Shown one piece after another: positions 23,091 through 36,030 of a DNA stretch of 64,000 bases. The stretch is from Malacoraja senta. Lineage: Eukaryota. The position numbers were made by a program, and so were the translations under genes. The stretch is from positions 62,001 to 126,000 of the forward strand of contig JAXLNO010003952.1 in assembly GCA_038087875.1 (NCBI GenBank). The letters run 5' to 3'. The notes beneath the pieces were generated by a model. The model was not told the DNA's origin. It did not search any database and saw only the letters and a program-made list of their open reading frames with translations. Position 1 is the first letter of the stretch, and every line of letters starts with the position of its first letter.

Positions 23091-25279
23091 AAGGTATAGA
23101 TTATATTTCGGGTCAAGACCCTTCTTCAGTTATATTCATGATGTGACATGCATAGACATTCCTGAATGTTACCCAAACCATCGTGAGCTACTTTGTGACG
23201 GTGCTTGCCCTCTCCTATAACGTCTCTGCTGCCTGGGTGAAGCAGGACAGGACACAAGCTTTGGGACACGGTGTGAAGCTGTTGCCGTCTGTCCCAGCCT
23301 GGTAAAAACCTGGATGGAGTGGATGTGGAGAGGATGTTTCCACTAGTGGGAGAGTCTAGGACCAGTGGCCACAGCCTCAGAATTAAAATACATTCCTTTA
23401 GGAAGAAGATGAGCAGGAATTTCTTAAGTCAGAAGGTGGTGAACTGTGGAATTCATTGCCACAGACAGCTGTGGAGGTCAAGTCAATGGACACTTTTCAG
23501 GAGGAGATTGATAGATTCTTGATTGATACAGGTGTCAGAGGTAATGGGGAGAAGGCAGGAGAATGGGTTTGAGAGGGAAAGATAGATAGTCATAGAGAGA
23601 TACAGTGTGGAAACAGGCCCTTCGGCACAGCATGTCCCATCTACACTAGTCCCTCCTGTCCACATTTGATCCATATCTCTCCGAACATGTCCTATCCATA
23701 TACCTGTTTAAGTGTTTCTTAAATTTTGCGATAGTCCCTGTCTGTACCTCCTCTGGCAGCTTGTTCCATACACCTACCACCCTTTGTATGAAAAATATAC
23801 CTGTCAGATTCCTATTAAAGCTTTAGCCCTTCACCTTGAACTTATGTCCTCTGCTCCCCGATTCACCTACTCTGCGCAAAAGACTCAACCATATCTATTC
23901 AAATCATGATTTTATACACCTCTATTAGATCATCCCTCATCCTCCTGTGCTCCATGAAATAGAGTACCAGCCTACTCAACCTCTCCCTATAGCTTGGCCC
24001 TCTAGTCCTGAGGCAACATCCTCGTAAATCTTCACTGTACCCTTTCCAGTTTAATGACATCTTTCCTATTACATGGTGCCCAGAACTGAATACAATACTC
24101 TAAATGCGGCCTCATCAACTTCTTATACAACTGCAACATGACCTCCCAACTTCTGTACTCAGCCTGACCTCGCAATATTACTCCAGCACTCAGTTACTCC
24201 AGCACTCTGTGAAACGTCACAGAACAGGGCAAGATTAGCAAGTTTGCTGATGATACAGAAGTGAGTGGATTTGCAAATAGTGAAAATGGTTGTGAAAGAT
24301 TGCAGCAGGATCTCGATCAATTAGCCAGGTGGGCAGAGGAATGGTTGATGGTTGCATGGTTCCTTGAAGGTTGAGTCGCTGGTATATTAGGTGGTCAAAA
24401 AATATTTTGGCACTTTGTCCTTCATCAGTCAGAGTATTGAGTAAAGAAGCTTAAAGATGTTAAGGGAAAAAGAGTAGCAAAGTCAAATGTGGGTCCCTTG
24501 AAGGCAGACACGGGTGAAATTATTATGGGCAACAAGGAAATGGCAGAAGAGTTGAATAGGTACTTCGGATCTGTCTTCACTAAGGAAGACACAAACAATC
24601 TCCCAGCTGTACTGGAGGACAGAGGATCTAAGGGGGTAGAGGAACTGAAAGAAATTTTCATTAGGCGAGAAATAGTATTGGGTAGGCTAATGGGACTGAA
24701 GGATGATAAATCCCCTGGACCTGATGGTCTGCATCCCAGGGTCCTCAGGGAGGTGGCTCTAGAAATAGTGGATGCATTGGTGATCATTTTCCAATGTTCA
24801 ATAGATTCAGGATCAGTTCCTGTGGATTGGAGGATAGCTAATGTTATCCCACTTTTCAAGAAAGGAGCGAGAGAGAAAACAGGGAATTACAGACCAGTTA
24901 GCCTGACTTCGGTGGTGGGAAAGATGCTGGAGTCAATTATTAAAGAGGTAATAATGGGGCATTTGGATAGCAGTAAAAGGATTAGTCCGTCAACATGGAT
25001 TTATGAAAGGGAAATCATGCTTGACTAATCTTCTGGAATTTTTTGAGGATGTGACAAGTAAAATGGATGAAGGGGTGCCAGTGGATGTAGTGTACCTGGA
25101 CTTTCAGAAAGCAGTTGATAAGGTCCCGCACGGGACACTGGTGGCTAAAATTAGAGCTCATGGTATTGGGGGTAAGGTGTTGACATGGATAGAAAATTGG
25201 TTGGCAGACCGGAAGCAAAGAGTAGGAGTGAACGGGTCCTTTTCAGAATGGCAGTAAGTGGCGAGTGGAGTGCCGCAAG

Positions 25280-28200
25280 CAGTGGCGGACTGGGTCTAAA
25301 AATATTGGTTGCCAGGAGACAAAGGGGGCCCACCCACAACTACAATGCTATCATTTAATTTTCATAACGAATAAATAATATTTTCAAAAAATACATATGG
25401 AAAAAAGGGTACAATTTAAAATTTTTGTGAAAAAAATGGTTCTTAGTAATTACAGTGTACATGTACTGTACATATTACTGGCAGTAGATACCGAATGTAA
25501 ATACAGAATGTTATAATTTTTTTTTTTTTTAATTTTAAGTAATTGGTTGATATTTTAAAATAATTTACTGCACAATTTACACATTAACAGATAGTTGAAA
25601 AGCACAATAGAGCATTGCATGCAGTCCACTATATTAAGAGCAATCGTTTGTGTTCGCTAGATGATTGTGCGAATCTGCCAATAATTGCTTCTGCATCCAA
25701 TTCATCTAACAATTCCTTTTCAATGGTTAGCAACATGTATGATTCCAAATTCTCCTCAGACAGCGAATTTCTTAACCTTGTCTTTATGATCTTTAGCTTT
25801 GAAAATGTCCTCTCACATTGGACTTGAGTAACTGATAGTGTGCAGATGACTTTATAAAGTTGATAAAGGTTATCATATGCCTTGTCATGAAGTCTGTTGG
25901 ATGCCAGAATGTTTAGTACACTCGATGGGCAAGTGCTGCACATTTTACAATTGTTGCAACTGGAATCCATATTCTCACCAGCATTAAGCAACTTTAATAC
26001 ATCAAAGTTTGAAGCAAAAGAAAACAATTCCAATATTACTTGATCTTTGCTGATTTGTGGAAACAGCTTAATAATACCTTCCAATGCTTCATCTTCAAGG
26101 CCCTTCTCTGCAATAGTTTTAAACTTTGCTGGGTCCAAGCAGGACAAATCTTTATACAACTGTTTGTGTTGTACAAAGCGTGATTCTAGTGACTGGACAA
26201 TGCGATCCATTATTGGGTTAAACACATTTACTCAAAAATCAGCTAGAGAATCTGAGGAATTTCTTTTATCATCAATAAGCTCATCTGCCATTATTTTCTT
26301 CTTCCTCTGCCTCTTAACTGGCAATGCTGTTTCCAACGCAATAATTTCCAATGTTTGATTTTCATCCATATTCATCTGTGAAATCCTGTCATTACATTTC
26401 TTTACAAATTCCAAAGCCTTGCTGTGAACGTTATTAAATGTTCTTGTCTGTTCCTTCAACTTTGTTGTAGCTGAATCTACCAAACTCCATGCAGTAAACA
26501 TATCTAACCCACTTGTCTGTCGATAACTTGATAACGGGGTTGTAGTTTCAAATATATACAAGTAAAGAAATGCTGTCAATATGGTTTCAAACTTTAGAAG
26601 ACTTTGAAGTAAAACATTTGCTACATGTTTTGTTTTTGCATCAAACTTTTCTGAATCTTGTATCATTGATAATCATGTCAATAGATTTACGAAAGTACTG
26701 GCAGCGGCATCATCAAAACTTCCAAATATAGTTGTTGCTGCATTGGATTTTCCTGACCATCTGGTCTCACCAATTAGCTTTAATCGTTTCATTTTTTTCT
26801 TATCCTAGATGTTTTCCAACAACTTCTATCCATACAGCCATTCTCTTGTATGATGCTTTCACAAAAGTTGCTCTATTCTGGAGCAAATTGAAAAAAGAAA
26901 CTGCAGGCTCACAACATTTGTTGTTTCAGTTATCACCAAATTCAAGACATGGGCATAGCACCATTTCACTTGCACTTTATGTGCAATGTGACGAATAAAA
27001 CCGTATTGTATTGTATTGTATATGAACATGTTGATCAGCCACATCAGCAATTTTACTTTGTAAACCATTATACTGGCCATAGTAGCTTGCAGCGCCATCT
27101 GTGCTATCAGATAAACATTTTTTTTTTTGTGATATAAATTTTTATTAGAAGCAAACATATTACAATGTAGAGTAACATATTATAATAGAAGAAAAAACTT
27201 TTCATATACATCAATCACTCATACATTATTAAATTTGTCAATTGTCAGTTATTTCTGCTTCTAGTGTTTTTTTTTTATATAGATAGAAAAAGAAAAATAG
27301 AGAGAAAGAAGAAAGAAAAGAGAGAAAGAAGAATTACAATATCAAAAAAGAAAAAGAGGTGGAATGAATAACTTATAATACGTCATAGGAGATAAGTTCG
27401 TAGGTTATGAAATATAATTACATCTAATCCTGAGTTCAAGCTTCAGTCGGGCTTTCGCGCTGGGCCACTCTATCCCTTCAAATAGGCAATGAATGGAGCC
27501 CATATTTTAACAAAAAGTTCTTGCTTGTCCATTAAGACAAGTCTAATTCTTTCTAGATGTAGGGTCTCCGACATTTCCACAATCCACATTTTAATTGTGG
27601 GGGTTGTAGGGCCTTTCCAGAATTTTAATATTAATTTTTTCCCAGTTATTATACTGTAGTCAAGGAAGTTTCTTTGGCTTGTTGTGAGTGTTAAACTTTG
27701 TTCTGATATCCCAAGTATTATTAATTTTGAGTCTGGAGCCAATTTGGTATTAACAACTTCAGAGATTATTTGAAAAATATCAGTCCAGTAATTTTTAATT
27801 TTTATACAATTTGCAAAGGTATGTGTTAAATTGGCCTCTAGGTGCAGGCATTTATCACATATAGGAGAAATATGTGGGAAAATTCTATTTAGTTTTATTT
27901 TGGAATAATGTAATCTGTGTAAGACTTTAAATTGTATTAAAGCATGTCTGGCATTTAACGAACATTGATGTATATGTTGTAAACTTTCGTCCCAAATATC
28001 TTTCGTAATAGGATAACCTAACTCATTTTCCCATTTATGTATATATAGTTCCATCGGTGGTTCCTCATTATTTAGGAGAATGTTATAAATATAAGCTATT
28101 AATTTTTCAGTGTTAGGATGCGTATTCAAACATTCATCAAGAATTTCTGGTTCCCTAGTCCTATAAACTTGTGTATTGGATTTAACATAATCTCTAATTT

Positions 28201-30343
28201 GTAAATATCTGAAAACGTTATTTGAGTGTAGTCCATGATTCTGTTGTAACTCTTGAAATGACAGAAAGATGCCTTCCCTATAAAGATGTCCAATCCTTTT
28301 AATTCCCTGATTTTTCCATTGTATAAAACCTCTATCCAATATTGATGGCTTGAATAGAGGATTATTTACAATGGGAAGGCATAGTGGTATATTATTCAGT
28401 TTTAAAGCCTTTTTTAATTGTTTCCAAATTCGTATTCCACTATGTATTATAGGGTTTTCCTTATAGGTTTTTTTATGCAATTTTGTGGTAGCAAATATAA
28501 TCGAACCAATTTCAAAAGGTAAACAGTCTTCCTTTTCCATCCTTAACCATTCTGGTTGTTGGTCCATTTCTTCCAGCCAGAAATTCATGTTTTTAATATG
28601 GACTGCCCAAAAATAAAATAAGAAATTTGGCAAGGCCAAACCTCCGTTGCTCTTTGACTTCCATAAATGTTTTTTACTTATTCTATGATTCTTATAATCC
28701 CAAATAAAGCTTGAAACAATGGAGTCGACTTTTTTGAAAACGTTTTTTGGAATATATATCGGAATTAATTGAAATAAATATAGTAGTTGCGGTAAGAAAA
28801 TCATTTTTATAGCATTAATTCTACCAAGCATTGAAATAGGAAGTGTTTTCCAGTACTGAATATGTTTGTGTAATTTATTAAGTAAGGATGGAAAATTTTG
28901 TTTAAATAAAGAGGTATATGTCTTAGTTACATAGATTCCTAAATATTTAAGTTTATCTTTAACTATTTTAAAAGGGGATTGTTGTATTGTATTTAATTTG
29001 AATTTTGTTATTGGCATAATTTCACTTTTATTCCAATTAATCCTATATCCTGAGAACTGACCAAATTGTGTTATTAGATTTAATAGATTTGGAATACTAG
29101 TTTCTAACTTTGTAATATAGTTAAACATAATACAGATAAACATTTTTGGGGGTCAATTTTAAGATGCTGTAATGTTTCAATCAATAGATCAAAAAGTCCC
29201 TGTCCTGTACCATCATTACTTGGCACAACTGAAAGTAGTCGCTCACAGATAATACCTTTAAGCACATACCGAATAATAATTGTGGACGTTTTATACATTT
29301 AGCATCAATGAGTCCTGCTGCTGCATCGCTGATGACACATATTTTATATCCGGTTTATATTTGTTAACCTTGAGAGATATGCAAGCACTACTAGTTTCAT
29401 CTGTAAGGCTATTACTTTTACGATACTTAATGTTCATCACTGAGAACAATGATTCACAAGAATATATACATGAAAAAATCCTGAATATTGATAATACCTC
29501 TCACATAGCTTTAACAATAACTTATGTTTAAGCACATATGCTGAAGAACAGGCTTCATTAACTTTTCATATAATATTTTCAATGCAGTCACTGATAACCA
29601 GATAATTACTATGGATAACTGGAGCCTACCCTGGTGTAACAATTACGTTTTTCTAATATCTAAATTTGAACTCACATGTAGCTGAATTTGGATATTGTTT
29701 ACCGATAATTTTTTTTTACGATCCTTGAAAAACTATATAAAAAGAATGGTAAAGGAGCCACGCCACGTCTGGCCGCCTGGTGAATGATGCAACAAGAAGT
29801 TATATGCAACAATGATCTTTTATACATATACAAAAACTAAAAATTAAAAACATCTCTTCAATAAGGGGGGGGGGGGGGGCAGGCTGAGGCTTTTCAAGTG
29901 TGTGTGACAAAAATACGGACAAATCTTTGATACAAAATTTTCTCACTTGCCAACCGAAATTTTTTGGGAGTATATTATTATTTGGTGTCATTTAAGTATT
30001 GGGAGAACCTTTTCAAAGAATTAAAAATCACACTGGAGCGGTAAAATCAGAGAATATTGTAAGTAATTATTATAAGATAAGTCCTGTGAGATTGAATGAA
30101 TGTAAATTTTTGTGACTAATTTTAACTCAAAAGTAGTTCATCCCTGTTGATACTGTGGATATTTTTTAAAATTAAACTTTCAGTGTAATTCTAGCTGCCA
30201 GATACATCTTATTCCTTTTTATTACTAAAACAGTTATCTGTGTTTGTTTGTTTATTGCATTTTTATTTGATATAGGGGGGGGGCACTTCATCAGGGGCCC
30301 ACTTGCCATCGGGCAAGCTGATACCCTGGCCAGTCCGCCACTG
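25280..30343 (-). mobile_element. hAT transposon (ZMYM1-like/Tip100-type transposase relic), internally deleted
   Basis: 14-bp TIR CAGTGGCGGACTGG / CCAGTCCGCCACTG; 8-bp TSD GCCGCAAG at 25272-25279 and 30344-30351; minus-strand pieces DSTDGAAS, WCYAHVLNLVI, TQVQCERTFSKLKIIKTRLRNSL (hAT dimerisation domain) with stops and frameshifts. Confidence 0.93.
27122..29132 (-). mobile_element. 5'-truncated L1-type LINE inserted in the hAT transposase
   Basis: 557-aa open ORF2 C-terminal part (KYLGIYV, LGRINAIKM, GGLALPNF, CDKC...H...C knuckle), AATAAA and poly(A), about 14-15-bp TSD CAGATAAACATTTT(T) at about 27108 and about 29133. Confidence 0.93.
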
Positions 30344-31355
30344 GCCGCAAGGCTCGGTGTTGGGGCCGCAATTGTTTACCATATATATTAATGATTTGGA
30401 AGAGGGAATTAGGAGCAACACTAGCAGGTTTGCGGATGACACATAGCTGGGTGGCAGTGTGAACTGTGAAGAGGATGTTAGGAGGTTGCAGGGTGACCTG
30501 GACAGGTTGAGTGAGTGGGCAGATGCGTGGCAGATGCAGTATAATATAGATAAATGTGAGGTTATCCACTTTGGCAGCAAAAACAAGGGGGCAGATTATT
30601 ATCTCAATGGGGTTGGGTTAGGTAAGGGGGAGGTGCAGCGAGACCTGGGCGTCCTTGTACACCGGTCACTGAAAGTTGGCGTGCAGGTACAGCAGGCAGT
30701 GAAGAAAACTAATGGAATGTTGGTCTTCATAACAAGAGGATTTCAGTATAGGAGTAGAGAGGTTCTTCTGCAGTTGTATAGGGGTCTGGTGAGACCACAT
30801 CTGGAGTATTGTGTACTGTTTTGGTCTCCTAATTTGAGGAAGGACATCCTTGTGATTGAGGCAGTACAGCGTAGGTTCAAGAGATTGATCCTTGGGATGG
30901 TGGGATTGTCATATGAGGAAAGATTGAAAAGACTAGGCTTGTATTCACTAGAGTTTAGAAGGATGAGGGGGAATCTTATAGAAACATATAAAATTATAAA
31001 AAGACTGGACAAGCAAGATGCAGGAAAAATATTCCCAATGTTGGGCGAGTCCAGAAACAGGGGCCACAGTCTTAGAATAAAGGGGAGGTCATTTAAGACT
31101 GAGGTGAGAAAAAAGTTTTCACCCAGAGAGTTGTGAATTTATGTAATTCCCTGCCACAGAGGGCAGTGGAGGCCAAGTCACTAGATGGATTTAAGAGAGA
31201 GTTAGATAGAGCTCTAGGGGCTAGTGGAGTCAAGGGATATGGGGAGAAGGCAGGCATGGGTTATTGATAGGGGACATGATCATAATGAATGGCGGTGCTG
31301 GCTCGAAGGGCCGAATGACCTCCTCCTGTACCTATTTTCTATGTTTCTATGTTTC

Positions 31356-32275
31356 TAACATTAGCAAATTTGCAGATGACACAAAGATGGGTGGCAGTGT
31401 GAACTGTGATAGGATGCTATGAGAATGCAGGGTGACTTGGACAGGTTGGGGGAGTGGGCAGATGCATGGCAGATGAAGTTTAATGTGGATAAATGTGAGG
31501 TTACCCACTTTGGTAGCAAAAACAGGAACGCAGATTACTATCTAAATGGCGTCAAGTTGGGAAAAGGAAGTACAACGGGATCTGGGGGTCCTTGTACATC
31601 AGTCTATGAAAGTATGTATGCAGGTACAGCAGGCAGTGAAGAAAGCGAATGGCATGTTGGCCTTTATAACAAGAGGAATCGAATATAGGAGCAAAGAGGT
31701 CCTTCTGCAGTTGTACACAGCCCTAGTGAGACCACACCTGGAGTATTGTGTGCAGTTTTGGTTCCCTAATTTGAGGAAGGACATTCTTGCTATTGAGGCA
31801 GTGCAGCGTTGGTTTACAAGGTTAATTCCTGGGATGGCGGGACTGTCATATGCTGAGAGAATGGAGCAGCTGGGCTTGTACACTCTGGAGTTTAGAAGGA
31901 TGAGAGGGGATCTCATTGAAACATATAAGATTGTTAAGGGCTTGGACATGCTAGAGGCAGGAAACATGTTCCCGATGTTGGGGGAGTCCAGAAGCCACAG
32001 TTTAAGAATAAGGAGTTAGCCATTTGAACGGAGACGAGGAAACACTATTTCTCACAGAGTGGTGAGCCTGTGGAATTCTCTGACTCAGAGGGCGGTGGAG
32101 GCAGTTTCTCTGGATGCTTTCAAGAGAGAGCTAGATAGGGCTCTTAAAAATAGCGGCGTCAAGGGATATGGGGAGAAGGCAGGAACGGGGTACTGATTGG
32201 GGATGATCAGCCATGATCACATTGAATGGCGGTGCTGGCTCGAAGGGCCAAATGGCCTATTGTCTCTTGTCTATT
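31356..32275 (+). mobile_element. Second CR1 3' fragment in tandem
   Basis: SKFADDTK...QGDLDRLGEWADAWQMKFNVDKCEV; RPHLEYCVQFW; CR1 3' UTR. Confidence 0.9.
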
Positions 32276-32359
32276 GTCTATTGTCTAAAGGCAGCTTTAG
32301 CGTTTTGAAACCAAAGGCAGCTTTAGCGGTTTGAAACCAAAGGCAGCTTTAGTGGGGTT

Positions 32360-32960
32360 TTTTATTTTTGAATTTCTTTTATTAGAAGCGATTGTACAAG
32401 GATAAGGCAATCGACATAACACTTATACAATTATTGTACAGCTTCATTTTTAACGTTAGAACCTAAATCGAAAAAAAAGAGAGAAAAAAGAAAAGAATGA
32501 CGAAAGAGAAGTAAAATAAGAACAAGCTAGAAAATAGACCCTAAGGTTCCAAAGAAGTGCAAGAGAAAAGAAAAGAAATAAGAAAAAAAAAGATGGAAAT
32601 ATACCTTCCCCCCTCACCTATCCCTGGCATCAGGTTTAAATTTGTGTTTAACCATTCTGTTGTTGCAGAAATTCAGTAAAAGGGAACCATGTCTTAAGAA
32701 ATTGATCTGCTTTTCCCGCCAAGACAAGCCCAATATTTTCCAAATGTAGTGTATCGGACTCATCAGTAATCCACATCTTCACTGTAGGGACTGTTATCTG
32801 TTTCCAGAATTTGAGTATTAATTTTTTCCCCGTTATGAGGCCATAGTTGAGGAAACGTCTTTGGAATATCGTTAATTTAGAGCAGGCATCTGACATACCT
32901 AAAGTGATCCGTTTTATATCTGGTTCCAATTTAATGTTAAGTATTTTGGAGAAGATAGCC
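32360..32960 (-). mobile_element. L1-type LINE 3' fragment
   Basis: ITGKKLILKFWK..TVPTVKMWIT..SDTLHLE homologous to the 27470 ORF; tail ttttattagaag on plus. Confidence 0.85.
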
Positions 32961-33558
32961 ATTGGAGAGGTCACAGAGGGAGGAGCTACACCCGAGCGGT
33001 AGGACTTAAAAAGGAGCGCGGGGCTTGTTGCTTACAGAGGCCCGAGAGCTGTTGGAGAGGTCGCAGAGGGAGGAGCTACACCCGAGCGGTAGGACTTAAA
33101 AAGGAGCGCGGGGCTTGTTGCTTACAGAGGCCCGAGAGCCGTTGGAGAGGTCGCAGAGGGAGGAGCTACACCCGAGCGGTAGGACTTAAAAAGGAGCGCG
33201 GGGCTTGTTCCTTACAGAGGCCCAAAGAGCCGTTGGAGAGGTCGCAGAGGGAGGAGCTACACACGAGCGGTAGGACTTAAAAAGGAGCGCGGGGCTTGTT
33301 GCTTACAGAGGCCCGAGAGCCGTTGGAGAGGTCGCAGAGGGAGGAGCTACACACGACCGGTAGGACTTAAAAAGGAGCGCGGGGCTTGTTCCTTACAGAG
33401 GCCCAAAGAGCCGTTGGAGAGGTCGCAGAGGGAGGAGCTACACACGACCGGTAGGAGATAAAAAGGAGCGCGGGGCTTGTTCCTTACAGAGGCCCAAAGA
33501 GCCGTTGGAGAGATCGCAGAGGGAGGAGCTACACCCGAGCGGTAGGAGTTAAAAAGGA
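32958..33558 (+). repeat. Tandem array of about 6.6 near-identical 90-91-bp units upstream of CR1 ORF1
   Basis: Unit starts 32961, 33051, 33141, 33232, 33322, 33413, 33504 (gttggagaggtcgcagagggaggagctacacccgagcggtaggacttaaaaaggagcgcggggcttgttgcttacagaggcccgagagcc). Confidence 0.95.
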
Positions 33559-33559
33559 A

Positions 33560-34254
33560 CCGAAATCTGTAACGTTCCAAGTTCCACTTCAAAAACAAGT
33601 GGGTTTGAGGAAGCCGCTGATTGGCGGAAGCAGACAAGAGGGAGCAGCTGATTGGGAGTCAGATCCCTGCTGATTGTACTGTATTGTAGCAGTTTGTTAT
33701 ATATTGTATCCAGGGTAAGGGGAGTATGAGGGACAGGGCAGTTTGTTGTTCTGGATGTCAGATGTATTATATCCAGGGTAAGGGGAGTATGAGGGCCAGG
33801 GCAGTTTGTTGTTCTGGATGTCAGATGTATTGTATCCAGGGTAAGGGGAGTATGAGGGCCAGGGCAGTTTACTGTTCTGGATGTCAGATGTATTGTATCC
33901 AGGGTAAGGGGATTATGAGGGCCAGGGCAGTTTACTGTTCTGGATGTCAGATGTGGGAACTCATGGAGTCTGATAGCCCTCCAGACGTCCACATCTGCGC
34001 CAGGTGTATCGAGATGGGGCTCCTAATGGACCGTATTAGGAACCTGGAGCAGCAGCTCGATGACCTCCGTCTGGTCAGGGAGAGCGAGGAAGTCATTGAG
34101 AGGAGTTACAGGGATGTGGTCACTCCAACACCACAGGAGGCAGGCAAGTGGATCACGGTTGGGAGAGGCAAGGGGCACAGGCAGGGACTAGAGAGTACCC
34201 CGGTGGCTGTACACCTTGACAATAAGTACTCCTGTTTGAGCACTGTTGGGGTGG
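33560..34254 (+). mobile_element. CR1 5' UTR and ORF1 N-terminus with four in-frame 63-bp repeats of the start region
   Basis: CTGATTGG boxes; MRARAV.CSGCQM...HICARC...RNLEQQLDDL...KWITV...VHLDNKYSCL is the CR1 ORF1 zinc finger/leucine zipper; 63-bp units at 33705, 33768, 33831, 33894. Confidence 0.85.
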
Positions 34255-34685
34255 CATGATTGATTATTCTCGTTCCGAGTCAATCAATGCAGTGAGAAGC
34301 CGGGATTGATCTACGGCATGTAATCACAAAGCTTTAAAATCTTCACGTAGTCACTCACATGACTCCGAAGTAAAATAGTAAGATTAAACGAGAACTTACC
34401 TAAGTTTGAAGTTTGATCTTTATTTCATGAGGAATTATGTAGGTGATTACGTGCACACCACGGCCCTACCCTCTATCATAAAGGTCAGATGGAAGTTCTT
34501 GTATTACTCATTTTATTATGAGACTATATTACTTCGGTTGTTGTTTTTTGTGATTTCACATCGCTGCTTTGAAGATTGACGCGCAGGCGCACTGGCGGGG
34601 TTCTTCACGTAATCACCTACGTAACTCCTAATAAAATAAAGATCAAACTTCAAACTTAGGTAAGTTCTCGTTTAATCTTACTATT
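34255..34685 (+). mobile_element. DIRS1-like retrotransposon 3' end (ICR + right ITR)
   Basis: About 80-bp inverted repeat 34374-34453 / 34606-34685, preceded by 34341-34376, which is complementary to the 5' terminus of the element at 59195; this is the ICR/ITR layout of DIRS1. Confidence 0.75.
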
Positions 34686-35060
34686 CTCTGCCACAGAAGG
34701 TAGTTGAGGCCAGTTCATTGGCTATATTTAAGAGGGGAGTTAGATGTGGCCCTTGTGGCTAAAGGGATCAGGGGGTATGGAGAAGGCAGGTACAGGATAC
34801 TGAGTTGGATGATCAGCCATGATCATATTGAATGGCGGTGCAGGCTCGAAGGGCCGAATGGCCTACTCCTGCACCTATTTTCTATGTTTCTGTTTCTACG
34901 AGAGAGACCTAGATAGAGCTCTTAAAGATAGTGGACTCAGGGGATATGGGGAGAAGGCAGGAACGGGGTACTGGTTGTGGATGATCAGCCATGATCTCAT
35001 TGAATGGCGGTGCTAGATCGAAGGTCCGAATGGCCTCTACTCCTGCACCGATTGTCTATT
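34686..35060 (+). mobile_element. CR1 3' UTR fragments (two in tandem)
   Basis: ctctgccacagaaggtagttgaggcc...gatcagccatgatcatattgaatggcggtgcaggctcgaagggccgaatggcctactcctgc repeated. Confidence 0.85.
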
Positions 35061-35465
35061 GAGCTTCCCTGTGGGAGGAGCGCGTGGATTAGGTCCCAGC
35101 ATGGTCAGACCACGTGGTGTGAGAGTCTGCAGCGTGGAGACTCCAGGCCCGGTAGGACTCTGGTAAGGTGACGGCTGCAGCCCACTGGTGGGCGGTGGAG
35201 TGGCCAGGGCTGGTCGAGGCCCACGGGGAGTGGAATGGCACGCGGGCGAAGTGCCGGTCAGCGGATGAACGGGAAGGCAGCGAGGGGCGGCGGTGTCGAT
35301 GAGTCGGTGAAGGTCGGCGGCAACGGCCACGGGTGAGGCCGCGCGGGGAGGTCGACGACAGCGGCATCCTTGGTGGTCCAGGACCGAGATCGGTCAGGGA
35401 GGCGGTGAGTGTTAATGCTGCTCCTCGTGGCAGCAATGTTGTCGCGGGGCTGTTAGTTCCGCCTG

Positions 35466-35830
35466 TCCCTTACTCCCCCAAGCTGGCTACCTCCCATCCC
35501 TTACTCCCCCAAGCTGGCTACCTCCCCATCCCCTTACTACCCCAAGCTGACTACCTCCCATCCATCCCCCTTACTCCCCCAAGTTGGCTACCTCCCATCC
35601 CCTTACTCCCCCAAGCTGGCTACCTCCCATTCCCATTATTCCCCCAAGCTGGCTACCTCCCATTCACCTTACTCCCCCTAGCTGGCTACCTCCCATTCCC
35701 CTTACTCCCCGAACCTGGCAACTTCCCATCCCCCTTACTCCCCAAGCTGGCCTGGCTCCCATTCCCCTTGCTCCCCCAAGCTGGCTACCTCTCCCATCCA
35801 CCTTACTCCCCCAAGCTGGCCTGGCTCCCA
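35466..35830. repeat. C-rich minisatellite, about 32-bp unit (cccttactcccccaagctggctacctcccatc), about 11 copies
   Basis: Visible tandem periodicity. Confidence 0.9.
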
Positions 35831-36030
35831 CCGCACTGTCACGGGCTGTGGGCCGGCAGCGCACATACACACACACACACGGAGCGGGGCCGCGGCTTCG
35901 GGCAGCGGACACACGGGGCCATAAACCCGGCAACATCCCCGTCAGCTGCAGCAGAGTTGGGGACAGACTGGTCCCTGCACCCACCCAGCGTCACTGACCA
36001 TGCTGCACCGGCACCACGACCTCCCTACCA

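Larger units (their letters stand above)
24431..31355 (+). mobile_element. CR1 LINE ORF2 (RT) to 3' UTR, interrupted by the hAT at 25280-30343
   Basis: KSPGPDGLHPRVL, NYRPVSLTSVVGKMLE, VVYLDFQKAVDKVPH, SGVPQ|GSVLGP split by the insertion, RPHLEYCV.FWSP, CR1 3' UTR with (TTTCTATG)n. Confidence 0.93.
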
